This document shows positions 55,821 through 62,470 of a stretch of 62,470 nt of DNA, one piece after another. Every line of letters starts with the position of its first letter. The first letter of the stretch is position 1. The notes below the pieces were generated by a model. It did no database searches. It was given only the letters and a program-made list of their open reading frames with translations, and was not told where the DNA came from. The stretch spans positions 1 to 62,470 of the forward strand of contig CAYVZU010000009.1 of NCBI GenBank assembly GCA_964455935.1, given 5' to 3'. This DNA comes from an uncultured Fibrobacterota bacterium. Its GTDB lineage: Bacteria > Fibrobacterota > CAYVZU01. A program made the translations under genes and the position numbers.

Positions 55821-58166
55821 TTAGAATCCTTTGCCAATTTGAAAGTGCCAATTGAGTCCCGATGGTTCCTTGGAAAACTGATCGACCGGATCGAACCCGT
55901 AGGCGGCATCGAAACCCATCAGTCCCAGCATGGGAATCGACAACCGGATGCCCGCGCCGGCCGATCGCTTGAGATCGGTGGGGTCAACCGTACTCAGATC
56001 GCCGAACGTGTTGCCGGCATCGGCGAACAGCGATAGATAAAGCTGCTGATCGATTACGGGAAAACGGAAAGCCGCCGAAAACGCCATCATCGAAAGCCCG
56101 TTGTTGAGACTGCCGCCAAATTGCCCTTCGGGATAGCCGCGAATCATGCCGTCATAGTTGACCCCGCCGGCCTTGAACAGATGATAATGGGAAATCCGGG
56201 TTCCATCGATGTAGCCCAACTGCGCCCTGGTGCTGAGCACGAACTTCCAGAACGCGGGAAAGTTCCAGTTCAGATGGAGATTGTGCTTCGTGAAGCTGAA
56301 ATCACCGCCCAAAGGCCCCCCAAAAAACTCCGGGTTGTAGTAGAAAACAGACCCGCGGGTTGGAAATTGCGGCAGATCGGTGTCGTCGCGCAGCAGGCGA
56401 AGCGACAGGCTGCTGCGCAATCCCGATGACAGGACCGAACGGCCTCCCGAACTGGCGATGGCGGTGCTTAGCCCTGTCACATCTTCACGGCTGAACTGAT
56501 AGGACCCCGAGACGCTGAAATAATCGTCGGGCCAGCGAAGTTTACGGCCCAAACTCAATTCGGCGCCGCGGTCCAGATAAAGCTGATTGGTGTATTTCTG
56601 TTCGGTGTAGAAAATCCGAAACCCCAGACTGGTGGGTGTGTCGTACATCCACGGCTCCGAAAACCCCAGCACGTAGTTCTGCTTCACGCTGCCGCGCTCC
56701 AGGTTCAGGTCCAACTTCTGTCCGGCGCCCCGGAAGTTGGGAATCGACAGGCTGGCCGTACCCACTACGCCGTCGCGCTGACTGTAGCCAACACCCACCG
56801 AAACCTGTCCAATGTCCTCGCGTTCGATAACGCGAAAGACGATATCGACACTGCCCTCATCGAGGGGTTTTATATCGTATTTGACATCGGTGAAGAAATT
56901 CAGGTGCATGACATTTCGATAGCTGCGCTCCAGCTTGGATTGACGGAAAATACTGCCGGGCACCAGCGCGATTTCGCGGCGAATCACTTTTTCGCGGGTT
57001 TTCAGGTTTCCCTCGATTCGAATCTTGTGCACATAAGCCGGGAGACCTTCGGTGACATTGAAATGGACGTCGATCGTATCCCCGCGATAGGTGCGCTTTT
57101 CGTCAAACCGCGAATAGATATAGCCTTCTTCATAGTAGAGGCTTTGCAGCTTGAATTTGAGGAGGTCAAAACGCTTCTGGTTGAACACATCGCCTTCGTC
57201 GAGAAGCACTTCCTTCTTCAGCCGGCTGCCCTTGAAAAGCACATTGCCCTCGAACGAGAACCGTCCGGCATAGAAGCGAGGGCCTTCGTAAACCTGCACA
57301 TCGATCCGAAGGTTACTTCTGGCCTGATCGGGCGTCAGCGAGTCCACGCCGGCAGGGCGCACAACGACTTGTTTCTTGATTCCCTTGCCGCCGGCGGGGC
57401 GCTTCCAGGCTTCTTTCCTGACAACGGGACACGGTCCAATCTGGTAATCAAGAACGCGCGCGTCGAGAAAGCCTTTTTCGCGGTAAAAGTCCGGAATCGC
57501 CTGAACGTCGGCCTCAAAATCCTCTTCCTTGAAATCACCCGAACGCCACCAGCGGTCCTCTTTGGTTTTCATCAATGAGCGAAGTTTGCTCTCCTTCACC
57601 TTCGAAACGCCCTGGAAATGGACTTGGGCAACCTGGACCTTCTTGCCTTCCTTGATATCAATGGCCAGGACAACGCGGTTTGGGTTTTCCTTGGAAGGAA
57701 CAGTGTTCGCCTCGATTTCGGCCATCAGAAGGCCTTCCTTGTCGTACATGTCCCGAAGATCGCGCACAATGTTTTGAATGTTCTGGTCGGTCAAAACCTG
57801 GCCCTCGTTGAGCGTAATTTTGGCCTTGATGTCCTCTTCACGGACCTTTTTATTGCCCGAAAGCTCGTAACGGTCCAGAACCGGAAACTCCTTGACGCGA
57901 ATGGCCAAAATCAATCCGGAATCGCCGATTGTGGTATCAGCCTGAATCCGGGAAAAAAGGCCCAGATCGTAGAGGCTGCGAATCGATTCCTGGAGTTTGA
58001 CCGAATTGTACTCCTCGCCCGCTTTAAGGCTGAGGGTATTGACGATCAGCTCCCGCTGGGTATTACGGTTTCCCTCCACCGCGATTTCGCGGATAGCGGG
58101 GAATTGCTCCTGGGCCGGAGCGGAAGTGGCGGCAAGCAGACAGAGAAAAGCAAGTAGTTTCTTCAT
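55821..58166 (-). CDS. bamA: Outer membrane protein assembly factor BamA
   Basis: Five POTRA domains (IAVEGNRNT, GNLKTREKVIRRE), NFRGAGQ, IRGY, C-terminal WHFQIGKGF. ATG 58166 gives a signal peptide. Confidence 0.96.
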   Translation of the reverse strand: MKKLLAFLCLLAATSAPAQEQFPAIREIAVEGNRNTQRELIVNTLSLKAGEEYNSVKLQESIRSLYDLGLFSRIQADTTIGDSGLILAIRVKEFPVLDRYELSGNKKVREEDIKAKITLNEGQVLTDQNIQNIVRDLRDMYDKEGLLMAEIEANTVPSKENPNRVVLAIDIKEGKKVQVAQVHFQGVSKVKESKLRSLMKTKEDRWWRSGDFKEEDFEADVQAIPDFYREKGFLDARVLDYQIGPCPVVRKEAWKRPAGGKGIKKQVVVRPAGVDSLTPDQARSNLRIDVQVYEGPRFYAGRFSFEGNVLFKGSRLKKEVLLDEGDVFNQKRFDLLKFKLQSLYYEEGYIYSRFDEKRTYRGDTIDVHFNVTEGLPAYVHKIRIEGNLKTREKVIRREIALVPGSIFRQSKLERSYRNVMHLNFFTDVKYDIKPLDEGSVDIVFRVIEREDIGQVSVGVGYSQRDGVVGTASLSIPNFRGAGQKLDLNLERGSVKQNYVLGFSEPWMYDTPTSLGFRIFYTEQKYTNQLYLDRGAELSLGRKLRWPDDYFSVSGSYQFSREDVTGLSTAIASSGGRSVLSSGLRSSLSLRLLRDDTDLPQFPTRGSVFYYNPEFFGGPLGGDFSFTKHNLHLNWNFPAFWKFVLSTRAQLGYIDGTRISHYHLFKAGGVNYDGMIRGYPEGQFGGSLNNGLSMMAFSAAFRFPVIDQQLYLSLFADAGNTFGDLSTVDPTDLKRSAGAGIRLSIPMLGLMGFDAAYGFDPVDQFSKEPSGLNWHFQIGKGF

Positions 58167-58398
58167 AATAGGAAATAGGGTAAGATAGTTATGTTCCCTT
58201 GCTCGATTCAATTCGGGCCAAAGCCTGAGTCCATCTCTCGGTAGCAGTGGAGTATCCGGGCCACACACCAAAAGCCGGCATTTGGCGGCCCCAAAGTTGA
58301 ATCACCTATATTTTATAACACCGTTCAACCCTCTTCACCCGGTCAGCTCCCCGGACAAGAACAGGAGCCGGGTTGGGGAGAGAATCAGGTTTAAGATA

Positions 58399-59883
58399 AT
58401 GAAATGGCTTCCGTTATTGTTGGTATTGGCCGGGTTGGCCCGGGCTTCCTCGCCCTATGTTTCCCTGGACCACTGGTCCTATCCTCTGTTGGAAGAGCTG
58501 CACCAAAGCGGAGCTCTGCCGGAATTGGCCATTTCCAACCGGCCCTGGACCCGGCAGGAAATTTCTCGGGCGCTTGCAGCCCAAAACGAGTCATACCTGC
58601 CAGCCTGGTCCGCCAAAACCGTCCGGATGCTTCGGGAAGTTTTTCCAGTCGATTCAACACCCCGGTTGGATTTTCTGGCGGAAGCCGGCGAGGAATACGC
58701 GGTAGCCGAAAGCATTGGCACAAACTGGTCGGCGAAAGCGGGCCTGTTTCTTTCAGCCCGGCATATTTCCGCCGTTGCGCGCGCAAAAAGCGAGGAATGG
58801 TACGCGAACGCTCCGCATTCGCTGTATCCATGGAAGCAGGACCGGGCCGCCTCGGTGCGTATGAGCGATTTATATCTGAAGACGGACTGGGCCGGGTTTA
58901 CCGCCGGATTGGGCCGGTTGAATTGGATATGGGGTCCCTTTGGCCGGCAAAGTCTGATCCTGGGCGACCAGGCCTTTTCGTTTGACCAGCTCTTTTTTTT
59001 GTTCCACTGGCGCAGGCTGCGGCTGGCGCAGATCATTGCCGAACTGGATCGCCACGGCGAGAGCCATCGCTATCTGACATTGCACCGGCTGGATGTGGAC
59101 CTGGGCCGCGGATTGGCTTTGGGCCTGTTCGAGTCAATTCTCTACCAGGGAACCGGCCGGGACTACTCGCTGAAATACCTAAATCCCGTTGGCCTGTATT
59201 TTCTGGAACAGATGAACAATCAACTGCTCTATCAGGAAGACGGCAACAGTCTTATTGGGTTTGATGCGGAATGGGTTCATCCGAAGGTCAATCTCCGGAT
59301 GCAGGTTATGATCGACGATTTCCAGGTCGACAATGAAGACGGCGGCGATCTGGAACCGCCGGCCATGGGCGGCATGGCAGGCGCGGACCTGTTCTGGCCC
59401 AGCCCTGTTTTTGGACCCGATCGCTACCTCACACTGGAATTCACGAAGCTGACCAACCGCGTCTATAACGCCATGCTCCCAGCCGAGCGCTACACCTATT
59501 ACACAACGGGACTGGCCTATCCAAACAGCGACCTCGAAAATTATTTCGCATCCTACACCGTGCGGACAGTCAAGCCCTTCATGACCTGGAAACCCTTTGT
59601 GGAGTTCCGCCGTCAAGGCGAGGGCGGAATCAACGAATTCTGGGGCGAGGTCACGGACGGCGGCAACCTGGGGTTCCGCGACGAAAAGACCCCCACCGGC
59701 ATTGTGGACCAGACGCTCACCCTGGGATTGGAGGGCTCCTATCGGCCCCGGTCATTTCTGGGCGCGGGCTTCACGGTGGGCTACTATACAGAAGACAACG
59801 TGGGAAATGTTTCGGGCGTTTCCGAACAAGGTCCCGTTTTCAAACTGAAGATCGACGCCACGTGGGGACGGAAGTTGTTCTGA
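58399..59883 (+). CDS. Wzi-family (capsule assembly) outer-membrane beta-barrel
   Basis: Signal peptide, YVSLDHWSY...NRPWTRQEI, GRLNWIWGP...SLIL, HRLD...LGLFESILY...YLNP, C-terminal Phe. Confidence 0.7.
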   Translation: MKWLPLLLVLAGLARASSPYVSLDHWSYPLLEELHQSGALPELAISNRPWTRQEISRALAAQNESYLPAWSAKTVRMLREVFPVDSTPRLDFLAEAGEEYAVAESIGTNWSAKAGLFLSARHISAVARAKSEEWYANAPHSLYPWKQDRAASVRMSDLYLKTDWAGFTAGLGRLNWIWGPFGRQSLILGDQAFSFDQLFFLFHWRRLRLAQIIAELDRHGESHRYLTLHRLDVDLGRGLALGLFESILYQGTGRDYSLKYLNPVGLYFLEQMNNQLLYQEDGNSLIGFDAEWVHPKVNLRMQVMIDDFQVDNEDGGDLEPPAMGGMAGADLFWPSPVFGPDRYLTLEFTKLTNRVYNAMLPAERYTYYTTGLAYPNSDLENYFASYTVRTVKPFMTWKPFVEFRRQGEGGINEFWGEVTDGGNLGFRDEKTPTGIVDQTLTLGLEGSYRPRSFLGAGFTVGYYTEDNVGNVSGVSEQGPVFKLKIDATWGRKLF

Positions 59884-60047
59884 CGCATTTGCCGGCAACA
59901 AGATCTCGCCTTTGCATTCCCGTTTTCACGGGTGCCCGCCATAGGACGAATTCGCCATTTTCTATCTGGTTAGTGCTGTAGTTATAGTAGACAGAATCCA
60001 CTTAGGGCGCGAAATTCGGTGACGCAGTCACCGCGAGGCAAAAGCGA

Positions 60048-61508
60048 CTATGCTTTCCCGTTCAGGCTTTCAATTATCCCTTTGAAGCTCTCCAGGCCTG
60101 CCTCAAGGTTCTCGACTATTTCCGTGGCCAGTACGTCTGGGTCCGGCAAATTCTCCAAATCCCCAAGACTCTCGTCCTTAAGCCAGAATATATCCAGGTT
60201 CGCTTTGTCACGCGCGACTAAGTCTTCGTATTTGAATTTCTTAAACCGTTCGGTTTCCTTGCGCTTGAAACGGTTTTCTGGATTGTAGCATTTAACGAAA
60301 TCCTTAAGATCATCATAGCGCATGTGGTTGGTCTTGAGCGTGAAATGAATGTTCGTCCGCAGGTCATAAATCCAAAGTTCTTTTGTCCACGGTGTTTTGC
60401 TCGCCGGTTTGTTGTCGAAGAAGACCACATTGGCCTTGACGCCCTGGGCGTAAAAGATGCCGGTTGGGAGTCGCAAAAGGGTGTGGACATCACAGCTTGT
60501 TAGCAGCCGTTTCCTGATGGTTTCGCCGGCGCCGCCTTCGAATAGCACGTTGTCCGGCACAACAACCGCGGCTTTCCCGTCTATTTTGAGCATCGTACGG
60601 ATGTGCTGGACAAAGTTCAGTTGCTTGTTGCTTGTCGTTGCCCAGAAATCCTGCCTATTGTATGATAACGCTTCCCTCTTTTGTTCCCCTTCTTCATTGG
60701 TAATAGTGGTACTGCTCTTTTTTCCAAAAGGCGGATTTGTTAGGATGTAATCGAACCTCTTTCCAGGATCGGAAATCAGGCTGTCGTTCCGGGTTATGGG
60801 CGGCTCGCTGTTCATGTCACCGATGTTATGCAAGAAGAGGTTCATCAGGCAGAGACGCGTAGTATTTGCGACGATTTCCCAGCCTGTGAAGGTATCGTAC
60901 TTCAGGAACTCCTTCTGCGCCTTGTCGAGTTTGTTGGCCTTGATGATATAGTCATAGTAGGCGAGGAAAAAACCGCCCGTTCCACATGCTGGATCCGCCA
61001 TTGTCTTCTTGGGTTCCGGTCGTATGCACTCGACCATTGCTTGGATAAGGGCACGCGGGGTAAAATATTGCCCTGCCCCGCTTTTGGTATCTTCAGCGTT
61101 CTTTTCGAGCAGTCCTTCGTAGATATCACCTTTTACGTCGGTCCCCAGCATGACCCAGGATTCCTCATTAATCATCTGTATAAGCTTGAACAGTTTGGCC
61201 GGGTCTTGAATCTTGTTCTGCGCCTTAAAGAATATCTGCCCAAGCATTCCCTTTTTTTTGCCAAGCTCTTGAAGTAGCTCGATGTAATGGGCTTCGAGCC
61301 CCGCTCCAGTTTTACCTGCCAGGCTTTGCCAATTGTAAGCCTTGGGAATGTGAGTATCGCGGCTGTATGGTGGTTTTGAATACTCGTCTGCCATTTTGAG
61401 AAACAGCAAGAAGGTGAGTTGTTCCACGTAATCCCCATAGCTAACACCATCATCCTTCAAAATGTTGCAGAAATTCCAGACTTTGGATACGATTGCTTCT
61501 GCGGTCAT
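60048..61508 (-). CDS. hsdM: Type I restriction-modification methyltransferase subunit
   Basis: DYVEQLTFLLFLKMADE, GAGQYFTPR, DPACGTGGF, NPPF, VVPDNVLFE, LRLPTGIFY. Confidence 0.96.
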   Translation of the reverse strand: MTAEAIVSKVWNFCNILKDDGVSYGDYVEQLTFLLFLKMADEYSKPPYSRDTHIPKAYNWQSLAGKTGAGLEAHYIELLQELGKKKGMLGQIFFKAQNKIQDPAKLFKLIQMINEESWVMLGTDVKGDIYEGLLEKNAEDTKSGAGQYFTPRALIQAMVECIRPEPKKTMADPACGTGGFFLAYYDYIIKANKLDKAQKEFLKYDTFTGWEIVANTTRLCLMNLFLHNIGDMNSEPPITRNDSLISDPGKRFDYILTNPPFGKKSSTTITNEEGEQKREALSYNRQDFWATTSNKQLNFVQHIRTMLKIDGKAAVVVPDNVLFEGGAGETIRKRLLTSCDVHTLLRLPTGIFYAQGVKANVVFFDNKPASKTPWTKELWIYDLRTNIHFTLKTNHMRYDDLKDFVKCYNPENRFKRKETERFKKFKYEDLVARDKANLDIFWLKDESLGDLENLPDPDVLATEIVENLEAGLESFKGIIESLNGKA

Positions 61509-61559
61509 TTCTTCTTTTCTACCTTTCGGCCTTTGCCTTTGCGGGTGATAGCGCTTTCG

Positions 61560-62417
61560 CTATTGGCAGTTTTGGGAAGAGTTTCTTTTTTCCGCCGTAA
61601 TTCTTGCCAGCAAGGCTTCGGCGGAATTTTCCCCACTCACTAATTCCGGGTTTTCTTCACGCCAGGCTTGAGTTAGCTTGCCTTCAAACGCTCGCTTAAG
61701 AATGCTTTGACGCATGGCATCTGCTTTGGCAAGGGCAGCATCAATAACATTTTCAAGGTTGGCTGCTTCGGAATGACGTTCCTCAATTTCGGCAGCAACT
61801 CTTTCCTGCTCCTCAATATCAGAAAATGGGAGTAGTATTTGTTTAAATCTATCAGAACTAATCTTTTTCTGAGCCACGCCTTTTGTGATTATCGCCAGTT
61901 GACGTTTCGTCACATCGTTTCTTATCGCGAATTTCACAAAATTGCGGTTGACAAATTCGTCCCACACGCGGAATTTCAAGCAATCTGCGGTGAGTATTGC
62001 AGCTTTGCGGTTGGCAGGATAGATTTCGCAATCACCCGGAGGATCACCCATCTTTGTTATCAAAACATCCAAAGGCAAAACTGAGTGCGCAGCCAATTCC
62101 CCGTATTTTGCACTCGAAATGTATTTCGAATGAATATCGAAATTTCCACTTGTTATGTGTCGAACGAAAACAAGAGGAATTCCTTGCGAGCGATAATCGC
62201 TAACCTTGAGGTTACTCCCAAATGGGCCTATTCCAATAGAATAAGGAGTTGGTGATGCTAATTGCTCAGGTCTTGCCCACACCCAACCCACTGGCAATTT
62301 TGGCAATTCCGCCAACTCCTTGGCCGAAATCGGTGGAAGTTCTTTCATTTTCTTTGGGGGTCTTTTGCATTCCTTCTTCGCCTTCTCGCATTCCTCTTCG
62401 TACTTCGTTTCCCGCTC
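61560..62417 (-). pseudogene. hsdS: Type I R-M specificity subunit, C-terminal half only (interrupted by an IS)
   Basis: LPKLPVGWVW, one TRD, EQERVAAEIE, RQSILKRAFEGKL, SAEALLARI. The frame stays open upstream (ERETKYEEECEKAKK) until the IS end at 62418. Internal ATG at 62348. Confidence 0.85.
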
Positions 62418-62470
62418 TGATACTTCCCCGAAAAAATGGACACACGGTTAAGCGCACTTCGCCAGACGTT
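62418..62470 (-). mobile_element. Right end of an IS3-family insertion sequence (runs off the window)
   Basis: TGATACTTCCCCGAAAAAATGGACACACGGTTAAGCG closely resembles IS3 terminal repeats (TGA...TGGACAC...TAAG). The minus strand ends ...RLAKCA* with the stop inside the repeat, as for IS3 orfB. Confidence 0.8.

Noticed and set aside
1-62470. tRNA, rRNA genes and sigma54 promoters
   Set aside because: By eye I found no cloverleaf or rRNA-like sequence in the intergenic gaps. A TGGCA candidate near 53506 has the wrong GG-GC spacing.

Overview
Chromosomal window (GC roughly 55-60% by eye) from a Gram-negative bacterium, most likely FCB superphylum and Fibrobacterota-like. That placement rests on the fused LpxC-FabZ, homodimeric GlyQS and several secreted proteins with T9SS/FlgD-type C-terminal tails. 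The main find is a co-directional locus of about 24 kb (13467-37445). It encodes a small MerR-type HTH protein, two paralogous putative outer-membrane barrels, two giant TPR proteins, a CglF/GltF-like protein, an AglR/AglQ/AglS-like MotA/ExbD motor with a STAS protein wedged inside it, and a GltG/AgmX-like TonB protein. These run straight into Wza, Wzc, two GT4s and a priming sugar transferase, followed by a large VWA adhesin. This looks like a Myxococcus Agl-Glt-type motor linked to a polysaccharide-export cassette. Other contents are an AT-rich, IS-flanked pair of secreted beta-helix proteins; galT, lpxL, an atypical NtrC-family regulator, pfk, glyQS, proB, GT2, an orphan ParB, GH130, an SMR-like pair and ABC-F; class III RNR (nrdDG) with NrdR boxes; bamA-skp-lpxD-lpxC/fabZ; a Wzi-like barrel; and a type I R-M locus whose hsdS is cut by an IS3-family element at the right edge. 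Intergenic regions hold several families of small palindromic or MITE-like elements. All family calls come from reading motifs by eye; no database searches were run.
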